Made by a program: the position numbers and the translations under genes
Notes under the pieces: generated by a model
Told to the model about the DNA's origin: nothing
Seen by the model: only the letters and a program-made list of their open reading frames with translations
The model's database searches: none
Part shown: positions 26,443-39,990 of the stretch, one piece after another
Layout of the letters: the number at the start of each line of letters is the position of its first letter
Position numbering within the stretch: position 1 is the first letter of the stretch
Assembly: GCF_009914755.1 (NCBI RefSeq)
Contig: NC_060934.1
Source of the DNA: the human T2T-CHM13v2.0 reference genome, Homo sapiens
Strand: one strand, 5' to 3'
Length of the DNA: 64,000 nucleotides

Positions 26443-28190
26443 CATGGTCTGTCCTTGAGAATGACTCACGTGCTGAAGAGAAGACTGTATATTCTGCAGC
26501 CATTGGATGAAATGTTCTGTAAATATCTATTAGGTCCATTTGGTTTGTAGTACACATTAAGTCCAATGTTTCTTTTTGATTTTGTGTCTGGATGATCTGT
26601 CCAATGCTGAAAGTAGAGTGCTGAAGTCTCCAGCTATTATTGTATTGGGGTCTATTTCTCTCTTTAGTTCTAGTAATATTTGCTTTATATATCTCTTTGT
26701 ACCAGTGTTGGGTACATATATATTTTAAATTGTTATATCCTTTTGCTAAATTGACCCTTTTGTCATTATGTTATGACCTTCTTTGTCTCTTTTTATAGTT
26801 TTTGTCTTGAAATCTATTTGGCCTGATGTACTATAGCTACCCCAGCTCTTTTTTTAGTATGGAGTAGCTTTGTCTATCTCTTTATTTTCAGTCTATGTGT
26901 GTCTTTATAGGTGAAGTGAGTTTCTTGTAGACAATAGATCATTGGATCTTTTTTGTTTATTAATTTAGCCACTCTATGTCTTTTGATTTGAGAGTTTAGT
27001 CTGTTTACTTTCAGTGTTATTATTGATGATTTAGGACTTACTCCTGCCATTTTGTCATTTGTTTTCTGATTGTTTTGTGGTCTTATCTTCCTTCTTTCCT
27101 TCCTGTCTTCCTTTATGTGAAGTTGATTTTCTTTGGTTTTATGTTTTAATGTCTTGCTTTTTATTTTTTTTGTACCTGTTGTAGATTTTTTTATTTGAGG
27201 TTACCATGAGGCTTACAAATAATATCTTACAACTGATGGCAACTTAACCCTGATTGTAAAAACAAACAGATAAACTAACAAACAAGCAAAGAGAGAACTA
27301 ATAAAAACTCTACACTTTAAATTCATCCCCACCACACACGCTTTAACTTTTTGCTGTTTCTATTTATATCTTATTTCACTGTTTATGTCTTGAAAAGTTC
27401 TTGTAGTTTTTTTTTATAGGTGAATCTTTTAGTCTTTTTACTCAAGATATAAGTAGTTTACACACCACAATTGCATTGTTATAACATTCTGTGTTTTTCT
27501 GTATACTGACTATTACCAGTGAGTTTTGCACCTTCAGGTAATTGCTTATTGCTCATTAACATCCTTTTCTTTCAGATTGAAGAGCTCCCTTTCACATTTC
27601 TTGTAGGGCAGGTCTGGGTTGATGAAATCCCTCAGCTTTTGTTTTTCTAAGAAAGTCATTTCTCCTTCATGCTTGAAGTATATTTTCTCTGGATATACCA
27701 TTATTCTAGGGTAAAAGTTTTCTTCCTTCAGTATTTTAAATATGTCATGCCACTCTCTCTTGGCCTGTAAGGTTTTTGCTGAAAAGTCTGCTATCAAACG
27801 TATTGGAGCTCCTTTGTATAGTAATTGTTTCTTCTCTCTGGCTGTTCTTAGTATCCTTTCTTTATCCTTGACCTTTGGGAGTTTGATTAATAAATGCCTT
27901 GAGATAGTCTTATTTGGGTTAAATCTGCTTGGTGCTCTATAACCCTCCGTATTTGAATATTGGTATCATTCTATATATTTGGAAAGTTCTCTGTTATTAT
28001 CCCTTTGAATAAACACTCTACCCCAATCTCTCTAACTCCTCTTTAAGGTCAATAACTTAGATTTGCCATTTTGAGGCTATTTTCTAGATCTTGTAGGCAT
28101 ACTTTTTTTTGGTTTTTGTTTTTTCTTTTATCTCTTCTCTGTATTTTCAAATAGCCTGTCTTCAAGCTCATGATTTCTTTATTCTGTTTG
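26443..28190 (-). mobile_element. L1MA ORF1, inter-ORF and ORF2 endonuclease region
   Basis: ORF 27546-27797 is the ORF1p C-terminus (ADFSAKTLQAKREWHDIFKILKE..YPRI..FKHEGE); ORF 26264-26566 starts with endonuclease motifs DLIDIYRTFHP..EYT.FSS..FSR.DH. Confidence 0.93.
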
Positions 28191-28209
28191 AAGGTGATGT
28201 CATTTTTCA

Positions 28210-29170
28210 GGAAAAGAAGCTCTTGTCATTTATAAACATATGCTGAAATATTACACATGAAATAATGCCATGTCCGATGTTTTCTTCAAACAATGTGGAG
28301 AGCAAGAAAGTTCTGAAGTATAGATGAAACCAATTTATTCTGGGCCAGGAATTGATAATGTAGAAACTGTGAGACACCGCTTGAGAGTTTATTATAGTCT
28401 ATTTTTTTGCATATCTTTGAAATTTTTTCATAATAAAGGTTTCTATAATTAAGAGATCATGAGAAAATGGAAACAACCCAAATATCCATTAACTAGCATA
28501 TGGATAGATAACATGTAGTATATCCATATAATTGAATATTACTTGGCTATAAAAAGAAATGAAGTAATAATACATGCTACAGTATTGACAACCTTGAAAA
28601 TGTATGGAAGTGTAAGAAAGACCACATATTGTATGATTTCATTTGTATGACATATCCAGAATAGTGAAACCTCTGAAAATAGAAAGTGGATTCATAGTTA
28701 CCTAAGGCTGGCTGGGGAAAATGTGGGCATTTGGGGATGATGGCTCAGCGGAGTGGGGTTTCTTTTGGGGAGTAATAAAAATGTTCTAAAATTGATGTGG
28801 GGATGGATGCATAATTCTATGAATATACGGAAAGCCATTGGATTAGGCACTCCAAAAAGAAGATATATGGGGAATAATTTAGAAAACTTGAATATCACCT
28901 GTGTGTCAGACATCATTAGACAAGCATGGTTAATTTTGTTAGAAGGGATAATGACATGGTAAACATGTAAGGAAATCTATTTTTTTATAAAAGCATCCCG
29001 AAATATCTAAGGATAAAACATTGTAATGTCTGGGATTTGCTTTAAATCACCTCAAAAAATAGATGGAAAAAATCTAAATAGTTGTTATATGTATGTTGTA
29101 TATGGGACTTATTATAATTTTCTTCCCATGTATGTTTGAAATTTTGAAAAATTTGAAAAATGAAAAGAAA
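28210..29170 (+). mobile_element. Stack of old L1 3' ends (L1ME-like, with L1MB-like at 28464-28857)
   Basis: ggaaacaacccaaatatcca..ataaaaagaaatgaagta..gaccacatattgtatgatt..aaaatgttctaaaattgat; flanked by tgtctgggatttgctttaaa / tttgaaattttt L1ME motifs. Confidence 0.8.
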
Positions 29171-30279
29171 CAAAGAGAAATCCATGAGCTATGGGGAAAG
29201 GAGACATTTTGAATCCAAATGGTTATTCCCAGGTGAATGTTGCCATCTTACACACAATAATACTTCCCTGTTAATACTGGAAGATAGTATTATGTGGTCA
29301 AATAAGACTGAGAAACAATGAATTAGAAAAGACTGGAAGACTTTTCAGCATCTTAACTATGTAAAGATACAAGATGGATCTCCAAGATTAAGGATATATT
29401 ACCATAAAAGGTTTTTTTTCATGTACATGCTGTGTATTAGGTAATATAAATAGCAAGGAGGCAAGATCATTCTGTAAAAGACAGCTGATCATTTTGTTGA
29501 TAACTATAACTTGTCTTTCTGCGATCAGTCCAGTCTTATACCAGTACTAATGTTTTAATTTAGAGGCAAGGAACTAATAATAGATTTGTTCAATTTTTTT
29601 TCAAATTTCTCACACTTCCATTTGCTTAAAATTATGTCTGTTATTCAGAACAACCCATGGTCCAGACTAATGATGCGAGGTTTGACTTGTATATTAGATT
29701 TTGCAAAACTTTAATGTTACTTAATTTATAAAGTTATGCCTTGTTACATGTTCAGGGAGCTAAGTTTTGTGAGGCTAGGGTATAGGGTTTTGATTGAGCA
29801 AACCAGAGATCCATGCTTCACAACTCCAGTGCTCCAAGTCATTCCAGTCTTTCAGAGTATATTGCATATTCATGGCACAGACATGTGGAACAAGTTCGAT
29901 GTACAAACCTCCTAGAAATTTCATCATCACCTTGCATGAAAACTACCCTGTGAATCATGGGATAACAGCATTTAAGTGCTATTCTATGAACCATCCTTTT
30001 GCCTTCAGCTTCCAAGATTTTTTGGTAAACCCCTTAGCATTCAAGCCTTTTGGCAAAAGAATCACAGAACTTGAATTGCAAATTAGTTGTCATAATTCTG
30101 GATGCTGCAGTTAGCTCAGATACAATAATATATACCTACGAGACATTAAATCTTAGATACATTAAAATTTACATCAAGTGATTCCAAAAATGAGTATAAA
30201 TAATTCAACTTTAACATTAAATCTTAGTTAGCATCAGATAAACTGGCCTATCTTGGGAAATAACCACTGAAGTCCTCTA

Positions 30280-30540
30280 GAGGCACTGTTGTGTCAGAGG
30301 GTTGAAAGTATCAAGTCCAAAATCAGAAGGTATTCCAAGTTCAGCTTCGCTTTGTATTAGCTATTAAGACCTGGAACACCTTAGTTAACTTTCCTAATCC
30401 TCAATGATCCTTCTGAAAAATGAAATATAATAGTACCTACATCATAGGGTTTTTGTGAGGACTAAGTGAAATGTTATGTATAATATGCATAAAGTATTTA
30501 ATACAGTGTTTGTACGTGGTATCGAAATATTCACTATTAG
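30280..30540 (+). mobile_element. MIR SINE
   Basis: aatagtacctacatcatagggtttttgtgaggactaagtga. Confidence 0.85.
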
Positions 30541-30689
30541 TAATTTTTATGCATATGTTATTTTTCTCAAAAAATAGTGTTCTACTAAACACACGTGGGG
30601 GTAACACTTATTTAGACAAAATTAACTTCTAATCCTAAGCATCAAGCACAGTACCCTTTATATGATGGGTATGTAAAATATGTTTATTT

Positions 30690-30985
30690 TATTTTATTTT
30701 ATTTTTCTGTGACGTACTCTCGCTGTGTTGCCAAGCTGGAGTGCAGTGGCACAATCTCAGCTCACTGCAACCTCTGCCTCCCAGATTCAAAATTCTCCTT
30801 CCTCAGCATCCCAAGTAGCTGGGACTACAGGTGCGTGCCACCATGCCCGGTTAATTTTTGTACTTTTAGTAGAGATGGGTTTTCACCATGTTGGCCAGGA
30901 TGGTCTCGATCTCTTGACCTTGTGATCTGCCCACCTTGGCCTCCCAAAGTGCTGGGATTATAGGCGTGAGCCACTGCACCCAGCC
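30690..30985 (-). mobile_element. AluSc-like
   Basis: ccaggatggtctcgatctcttgacc diagnostic; TSD aaa(t/g)atgtttattt on both sides. Confidence 0.95.
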
Positions 30986-31702
30986 AAAGATGTTTATTTC
31001 TAAAAATGAAGGATAAATGATTAAATCAGAGCCTTCTAAGCCTATAGGTTAAGTCTTTGGGGGTTTTTAAGTTAGTGGCAGAAATGAAGCCTTTGCCCAC
31101 CTCATATACATCCTACTAAAACAGAATAGGAATTCAGTTCTCTAAATAAAGCTTAATATGTTCCTGAAAAAAGCATCATAACCAAATTCCATGTTCCATT
31201 GGCATCAGAATGTCTTTGAATCTGATTATTATCTTAAGCCACATTCCAACGAGCCCAAAGTGCCCTGTGAGGAAAAATAATTACTCAATTGCTAGTAGTT
31301 GGCAGATCTCCCATTAAAAAAAAAAAAGACTTTAAACTTGCCTTTGCACTCCTCATTTCAATACTAGTTAAATCAAAAGTGGATTGTGATTAAAATGGAG
31401 ACATTTTTATGCACTAGCATTTACAGTATACGTTTTCTAAATTATATTCTTTTTGGTATTGTTTAATGAAAGGTTTAGTTCTTCTTGGTTTTTCCCTTCC
31501 ATATGAATTAGGTTTTAAACTTTTCTTTCTCTAGTGAGAAAAATATTGTAGTTCTACACATGCCCCTACAGCCCTAAATGACATATGATCTACTGATGAC
31601 GTCACTGCTCCTCATTTTCAGACTTTACATTTGGAAAATTCTTAAATGGAGAAGAATTACTGCTTAAAAACTGATCTATTTGTTTAAAATATTCAAAGAA
31701 TA

Positions 31703-31996
<294 letters not shown>

Positions 31997-33261
31997 TCAA
32001 AGAATATAGAAGTTGGGAGTACAAATTTGTTCCAAATTCAGAGACACAAAAGTAGTGATTTGCTTTAAAAATTACATATTTAAAGAAAAGCAAAAAATGA
32101 AACATCTCTAATTTGCAGCCATTCTTAGGGATTTCTAAGTATCTTTCTGGGTTGAATTTAGAATATAGTTCCATAAATGAGAGAAACTTTTTTTTAAGTT
32201 TAAAAATATTTTAGTGGTCAATCCTGTAGTGCTCAAGCTTGGAGTAGCCAGAGGGAAGCGGGATGCATCATTTATTCTCAGGTTTGCCACATATTGGCTA
32301 TATTCTAGCATTGGGCGCAGTCTCTCAAGGGATTTTTCCTCATCTGTAATACAGGGGATTGGGCTAAATGACCTCTAAAGTACTTTTTGGTGATATGACC
32401 CTATATTGGAAACAAAAAGATTGTGGGAAAATCTAAATCGTTGTGAACTGAAAGGCAAGTGAAGGAAGCTGTTGATAGTAAAACATTCTGAAATACCCCA
32501 GCTTTATTGAATGGAATCAGGCTATAATGAAAACAACATCTGGATGTGATTGTTTAAAACCAAATGCATAAAGGGAAATCCAAATTATGTTAGATGTTAC
32601 ACTGACTAACATCAGAAACTTGGGAAAAGAAACCATTTGACAGAAAAAACAAGACAGAAATGGCCTATATGGAAAGAGTGGTTGCTATAAACCAGAGCAT
32701 ATTATTCAACATAGAGGAAATTAAAAGACGCTAAAGTCAAGGAAACTGACAAAGCCAGGAATGTGAACTATCCCATTAATACAACCCTTATGTTAGCCTA
32801 ATTGACTTCAAAATATTTTATTCTATCTATAATACAAATTTATATCTCCATGATAGTCTAAATGATAGGCATCACCCAGACAAGAGTTCTGTCTTTAAAA
32901 TGTTCAATTAGATTTACAGCTGCATTTGTCAGTCTGTTGTACATCTTTCTCTACCCTTTCCAGTAAAAACATTTGTAGTGGTTATGGCTACTAAATGTTC
33001 CCAAGTTGAGAACATTTTCAATAGTGAGTTTAAATATTTGTTAAAATTTTCTTTTTCTCTAATTTCACAATATTGGAAATCTCCCTGGGGCCATTTTTGT
33101 CAATACATCACTCAAAGCTCCACAACAGCAGAATCTTGTGAGGTGTATATCATGTCAAACGTAGACAGAAAGAAAAAAAAGCAAAAATAACTACCACTCA
33201 TATCATTTACTGGGAACCCAATACATAAGCCCACCCTATAAGCCAAGATGTGTCAGGTGGG

Positions 33262-33420
33262 TGTTATCCTTGTATTATAGCTGAAAAAACTAAACTGAAG
33301 TTCCAAAATATTAACTATTAACTAACTTATTTAAAGTCCATTACCTGTCAAGTAGCAGGGTTAGAACATGAACCCGGTGTATCAGTCTCTAGAGTCTATG
33401 CTTACTCCGCTATGCCCTGC
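33262..33420 (-). mobile_element. MIR SINE
   Basis: aagtagcagggttagaacatgaacccggtgt..tctctagagtctatgct; another reverse MIR at ~33680-33850. Confidence 0.65.
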
Positions 33421-34501
33421 TGGAATTGACAGAGACAGGGTATAACATTATATATGCTTGCAAAATATGTGATTATGCATACAGGCACATTTCTCTGAGG
33501 TGAGACTCCATTGCTTGAATCAGCTTCTCGTAGAAGTCATGACCCCAAAAGGATTCAAAACCCCAACAGTGAATTCAGCAGATCCTGGCTGAATACCATT
33601 TCACTCTAGAAAAAATCAACAATAAAAGACAACTAGGTTCTAAGTACACATCCCATCACTTCACTTAAGTTCCCATCTGCATACTTTGTGTATACACAGT
33701 GCTCCAAAATTTACATAGCTTCTTGATCATCCTCACCACAGCCTTTCTAGAACCTTCTGTTTCGCTCAGGAGGAAACAGATACTCAGAGACAGTAGAAAT
33801 TTCATGTGAGAGCACAGCACTAGCCAAGGCTGAACTTCTTCCTGGTCCACAGTTCAGATCTAGACGTCTTCCCATGTGGAGCATGGCATTTCTGAGAGCA
33901 TGCCCTTGGGCGAGGCACCCAGGCACTCAGAGCCTCTGCTCTCTCTCTTTAGCTCTATCACTCTGAAATTACTGAGGCGCTGCCATATGCTCTAGAAAAT
34001 ATTACAGAGTCAAGAAAAGGAATTCCTAATCATTTCTTCTGTCCAAAAAAGAAGATTTTATATATATATATGTATTCAATCTCTTTTCCCTGATTAAGAA
34101 CAGAGTGATTGTAAAGTAAAGTAACAAAACATTACCCCCACCCAAAAAATACCAGTTCCCTTCCCAGGCTACTAAAGGAGCCAACTACCCAGGAAAGCAT
34201 TCTCGTTCCAACAGTTACCTACCAAAACAAAATTGCAACATTGATAGATGCCTAATTTATAAATCCACTTAGTCCCATATTTTTCTCACTCTTTCCAAAG
34301 TGTTTTGTTATATATCTACATATCTTTTAGGCCCTGTTCAATTTCCAAAAATAGTTGAATGTTTTATTACAAGCTTAAACCTGCCAAATGTGCACAAACT
34401 TTATCAGTTGCTAACCCCAAAAAAGGGACGGGGGGAAAATTGGGAGGAATGGAGGGACACATATAGGTATTGTAGAGTTATAGAGCTCTGATAACTTTTC
34501 T

Positions 34502-34591
34502 GGAGAGGACAGAGGAGAATAAGAGAAAGAAGAAAGAGAGAGACAGGGAGAGGGAGGGGAGAAGGGGAAGAAGGGAGAGAGGAGAGGGAGA
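34502..34591 (+). repeat. GA-rich polypurine tract
   Basis: About 90 bp almost entirely A/G. Confidence 0.9.
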
Positions 34592-36584
34592 CACATTATT
34601 CTAGATAACCTACATGAAACCACAACTATCAAGAAAGTAAAGCAGGCAAATGATTCCCTTTGTCAGATCTTCTCCATGGAGTTAGTCCACTTCCTTTCCT
34701 CCATCTGTTCTATGGTACAGCGTGGAGATGTGTGCCTTGGGGCAAATGTTCAGGTTGGTGAATCTATACAGGCTATGACCATATGCCTACTTGTCTGTTT
34801 GTTCTTTAGCCAATTTGAACAGCCCTGTTTAGATGATTTGGGAACCAGTGATCAAAGATATTGCTTCTTGTGCCATTATGCATATTTCAATAAATCAAAC
34901 TCCTCTAAAAGCTACCATTCCAGATTTCCAAGTTGAGAAGGCAGAGAAATTGGCTCTAGTGTGTTGGGCCCGTGCCAGGGAGTTTCTCCATCTCAGCATG
35001 ACAGAAACGTGATGTAGAATATCTTTTTTTGCATGACATCTACCAATGACCCCTGAAAATTTTCAATGAGAGGATTTTAACTCTTAGATTCATGCCTTTT
35101 ACAGGTTAATGGCTATGCCTTTAACAAGTGCTCTTTAAATAAGAAAAAAAAGGTAAAGCAGACTAATTTAAATCTTAAACAAATTGTGATGATTGCCTCT
35201 AATAACAACACTCTCCCTTTAAGTTGTCCTTTAAGGTGATACCTCTAATCTCCTTAGGACACACCCCTCTCTTTAACCTCCCTTCACAACTCAAATACAT
35301 CATGCCTTTTCCTGTATAAACTTCCCTCGATCCAGCCTCCTGTTCCTGGGCTGTTTATAGAAACAGATAAAGAACTCACTTTGTTCTTTTACCCGTGTAG
35401 CACAGATGTGTCCAAAATCAAAGTCACAGGTCCCATGGGCAGAGAACAGAGGAAGGGAGGGAGAATGATTTATGATAGTCAAAGTGTGGGATGGTGCAGG
35501 AAGATAAGAGAATAAAGCAATTTCTTGCCTGAGCCTTGTTCTCAAGGATGATTAAAAATAAATAGCTAATCTTTCCTTCTGCTTGAGTGAAAGACTTATA
35601 CTGACGTGGGTGGAGAGGGAGGCCATTACTTCTCATAAGTATTTTTGAAATCAAATCATTCAAAACAAATGTTTATTGAATATTTACTATGTACATGACT
35701 TTTTTAATAATTTCACCTGCTGTACTTGAACTAGGTCAGCTTTATCTCATGTTTAGCTGATTTTTGCCTTTTTTTCTTATCCCTCCTGGATTTTCTAACC
35801 TAGAGTCCTGCTCAACTCCGATTTTCTCATTTTATTCTAAGCTAATATAACATTTTATTAAACATTGGCTGTTAGGCATAGAAGCTTTTTCCCCACCTAC
35901 AAGTACACTGAGTAGTTGTTTGGGGTAGATATTTACTAAGTAATGCACTACGGTTCTTTATAAATCCCTTTTATCAGCAGGCCAACTTAATGTGCAAGTT
36001 AAGGGCTTTGTGCAAACTTCAAGGTAAATTTGGTCTTCCCAAAAGCTTTCTCAAGAAGGCCCACACCTTCCCAGTTTTAAGAGCTGTAAACTTCTTTATG
36101 GTGTGACTGGGTCTTGAATTTCACTTGTATTCCTCAGAAGCGCAGGGATATAAATGGAACACAAAACAGAAACTCAATAGATACATATGTAAGTAGACTT
36201 TATTCCTTCCTTTTCTAGATGTTATTTCTTTCTGGAAGCTGAGATCTCTCTCTTTTTAGCTGGTATGTGAAAGTGACTTTAATTAAGCTTTATGGGTGGT
36301 ATTATCAGAGATTTGTCCTGCAAGTGTAACCCAGCTTCATAAAAAACAAGGTAAATCTCTATGTGTGTTTGCATGTGTGTATATGTGTGTATTAAATATA
36401 ATGTATTACACATCATATACAATTATAAGCAAGCAATCAAATATAAATAAACAAATATAACAATTTGTTACGGACTTAAGAAAGAAAACACACTTAAATG
36501 GCAGGCAGTGGAGCTGCAGAGCAAGGAATGAAAATGAGCCGTGATGGATAAAAGAGCCCACAGAGAACACAGTCACATCCTCCC

Positions 36585-36710
36585 CCTGGGTCTAATAATG
36601 AGCACCTCCCTCAGACAGCTATGGTGAAGATTAAATGAGATAATACATGTAAAGTGTTTGGAAGTGCACCTAGCACTCAGTAAGTGCTCAATAAAGATTA
36701 TTACTATTGA
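36585..36710 (+). mobile_element. MIR 3' half
   Basis: gtgaagattaaatgagataatacatgtaaagtg..agtaagtgctcaataaa. Confidence 0.85.
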
Positions 36711-36714
36711 ATTT

Positions 36715-36950
36715 TAGGTGCTTAATGTGTGCCTGTGAGTAGGAGGTGCTGGGAATACAATGATGAATAAGAATAAGCACTTGTGGAGTGAAATAAACAT
36801 AAAACAAAGAAATATGCAAATGTAATAATTTCACATTCTGCCAGTTCATATGGTGAAAAAACAAATAGAATGCTGAGAGCAAAAGTAATGAGCAGGTACG
36901 CCCCTCCATTGCATGGCCAGGGAAGGGCTGAGGAAGGGACACTTACACTG
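36715..36950 (-). mobile_element. L2 fragment
   Basis: aggtgctgggaatacaatgatgaataaga..ggccagggaaggg. Confidence 0.6.
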
Positions 36951-37194
36951 GTTTGGGGACCTCAGCTGAGATGTCTTCCACTGTGACTTCTTGTGTTCCT
37001 TCTCCAAAAATAATTTAAAAATTAATAAAATTTTGTAAATGTTGTCTTTCCCCCTTCTTTAATCATATCCTCAAAGTCACTTATAAATTCTATTCTTATA
37101 GAATAGAACTACATATTCCCTATGAACCAAGCTCAGTTCACAGTGATCTCTGTATTTTTTTTCTAACTAGTGACTAAATGCTCTATTTTTTGGC

Positions 37195-37695
37195 CTCAGA
37201 CAGATCTGGGTTGAAATCCCACTTCCTAGCTGTGTGTCTCTGGCCATTTTCTTCATCTGTTAAAAATGTGGAAAATAAAATATCCTGCTTCATAGAGATA
37301 TCATGGAGATAAATGAAATAATTTAAGCTCTTGTATTATTATTATTATTTTGAGACAGAGTCTCGCTCTATCGCCTAGGCTGAAGTGCAGTGGGACAATC
37401 TCGGCTCACTCTCCGCCTCCCGGATTCGAGTGATTCTCCTGCCTCAGCCTCCTTAGTAGCTGGAACTATAGGCACCCACCACCACACCCAGCTAATTTTT
37501 TTGTATTTTTAGTAGAGATGGGGTTTCACCATGTTGGCTAGGCTAGTGTCAAACTCCTGACCTCAGATGATCAGCCTGCCTCTGCCTCCCAAAGGGCTGG
37601 GATTATAGGCGTGAGCCACCACGCCCGGCCAGAAATAATTTAAGTTCTTATCACAGTTAACACTGACGCAGAGTTAAGTGCTCAATAAACAGAGA
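37195..37695 (+). mobile_element. MIR split by an Alu insertion
   Basis: 5' part cagacagatctgggttgaaatccc..; 3' part taagtgctcaataaa resumes after the Alu. Confidence 0.8.
37333..37630 (-). mobile_element. AluSx-like
   Basis: Reverse Alu; 18-bp TSD gaaataatttaag(c/t)tctt at 37315-37332 and 37632-37649. Confidence 0.96.
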
Positions 37696-38359
37696 GTACT
37701 TACAATAAAAATTAGAACTTTATTAACAACTTTAGTAGTTTTATTATCGAGCAACTGTGGCCATATTGCCCTTTTTGCTGCTCTTCCTAATTATACTTAT
37801 TTCACCTTTGTCAATACAAACTCTTTCCAAAAGAAAAAAAAAAATAAAAAGAAATGAAAAATCAAATAAGTAATCCTCAAGTTCTTAGCTTTAAACTTAA
37901 TTTGTGGACACTTAATTGAGGAGTTGTGTAGAGCCCATCTGGTTTATTTCCTTTATGTGAATATCAGTCTCCCCTATGTCGCCAAGTAGTTGCTGGCCAC
38001 TGAGACAGTCCATGCTGTTGTCTATATAAATGCTAAACCTTCCAAATGCACAGCCTACAAAAAGCAAGGGAAAGGAATCACTCTATAGAGTGTTGTTGAT
38101 AGACTGTTGAGCAGTATCTGATGTCCCAGCCCAACTTCTTCCAGTTTTGTTAGAATGATGACTTATTCTTTTACTTTTTTTTCTAAAACAAAATAAACCA
38201 ACAAAAAGTGCCAGTTATCCCTCTAAGTCATTGGGATTCAAAGCCAACATTCACTCTTGCCATATATCATCACAGTGTACCTGAAGGCCATCACTCCCCT
38301 TTTACAGTACATATTGACATACCCTCAAACAGTTGCAGAGTATTCTACCATGACTATAA

Positions 38360-38399
38360 CAACAATTGAAAATATTATACCAACAATTGAAAATATTAT
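38360..38399 (+). repeat. 21-bp tandem duplication
   Basis: caacaattgaaaatattat twice. Confidence 0.9.
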
Positions 38400-38407
38400 C
38401 CAGTGCT

Positions 38408-38657
38408 TTTTTTTTAAATTTCAACTTTTATTTTGGATTCAGAGAATATATGTGCAGGTTTGTTACGGCATGATGCTCAGGTTTGGGGTATGAATGATCC
38501 CAACACCCTGGTAGTGAGCATAGTACCCAATAGGTAGTTTTTCAGCCCTTGCCCCTCTCCCTCTCTCCCTGCTCTAGCAGTTCTCAGTGTCTGTTGTTTC
38601 CGTCTTTATATCTGTGTGTACCCGATGCTTAGCTTCCACTTATAACTGAGAACCTTG
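38408..38657 (-). mobile_element. Short 5'-truncated L1PA15/16-like 3' end
   Basis: atgtgcaggtttgttac..gagcatagtacccaataggtagtttttcagccctt; TSD tccagtgct at 38399-38407 and 38658-38666. Confidence 0.9.
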
Positions 38658-39548
38658 TCCAGTGCTATTTTATAGTGAAAATTCTACTTTGCTGCCATCA
38701 ACTTACCAAGCCCCTGTATACACATAGGCAGTGGGTATAATTACCTGACCCCAAATGATTTATAGAATACCCTTGCCAACAAGAGTTACTATTTTGGCCC
38801 TCTGGAACTTATCAAGGCTTTTTGGTGTCTATTTCCTCATACCATCTTCCCAGTTCTGTGAAGTATGGCAGCTGTCATAGTCCCCATTCACAGATGGAGA
38901 AAAATGAAATTGTAGAGCTATAGAGAATTTCTGAGAGCCACTATCAATAATATTTACTCTTTGCAAGTCACTCATTAACAGGCCATCTGAAAGAGTATAG
39001 CCTGGAAAGGTCCTCTCATTTTGATGAAATAGGAAGCAAATGTTTTCAAACAGTGTTCAGTTGGAATATGCATTTGCAAAGCAAAAAAGCTTACAGCACA
39101 TATAGCACATACACCAGTGTAGTCCTCAGACTCATTGATCTTGCCTGGTTTGGTCATCCCATTAGATGAAAGCATGGAGAGAAAGAAGCCTGGATCACAA
39201 GTGAGACCCTCTTCCAGGTGAGTTACACTCTCCACGTGCAAAATCTGTCTCTCTTCTAGGAAGCCCCACCCCTAAGCCCAGCTGGCTGTTTCATGAATCC
39301 ATGTTTCTGATCACAGGGGCAACTAGGTGAGGCAGTGTGAACACCTCAAAGCAGGCCCATCATCACTTCTAGAAGCTCCTCTACGCACATGCCCTTTCGC
39401 CTCTTGGCACAAAGAAGGGGCAGAATCTTTCAAATACATCAGTAGAGAATACAAAATCTTTGCTCACAGAAGTCTTACCTTAAAAATAGAAACTCATAGT
39501 TCTTTTACATCACCATGAAAGAGTAGACATTTTTAAAATACTATAGAA

Positions 39549-39732
39549 CAGTGGTCCACAAACCACAGCCTGCCATCTGTTTTTATAAATAAAGTTTTAT
39601 TGGAACATAGCCACGTCTATTCATTTACAGTTTGTCTATGGTTTTCATGCTATAATGGCAGAGATTTTATGGCCCACAAAACCTAAAATATTTACTATCT
39701 GGCCTTTCACAGAACACATTTGCTGGCCCCTG
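39549..39732 (+). mobile_element. MER58A-like hAT-Charlie MITE
   Basis: CAG..CTG termini, aaataaagttttattggaacatagccac, aaaatatttactatctggcc; 8-bp TSD ctatagaa/ctatataa. Confidence 0.92.
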
Positions 39733-39756
39733 CTATATAATGTAGTCCCAGAGTTT

Positions 39757-39990
39757 GAGGCAGAATAGCATCCTCGCTTAAAGCATGGGCTCTGAAGTCA
39801 GTATTCGATGTTTAAAGCCTAGTTCTGCTGCCAAGTAACTGAAACTTTGAAAAAGTATTTAACTTCTCTGGGCCTCAGTGTCTTTATCTGTAAAATAAGA
39901 AGATTAACAGCATTTACTGGAGAAACGTATTGTAAAGATTAATTGAAATAATATATCTAATGGGTTTAGAATACTGCCTGGCATAAGACA
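39757..39990 (+). mobile_element. MIR SINE
   Basis: aagcatgggctctgaagtcag..aacttctctgggcctcagtgtctttatctgtaaaat. Confidence 0.88.

Noticed and set aside
37088-37108. Perfect 9-bp hairpin ttctattct-tat-agaatagaa
   Set aside because: Short AT-rich inverted repeats of this size are expected by chance in 64 kb
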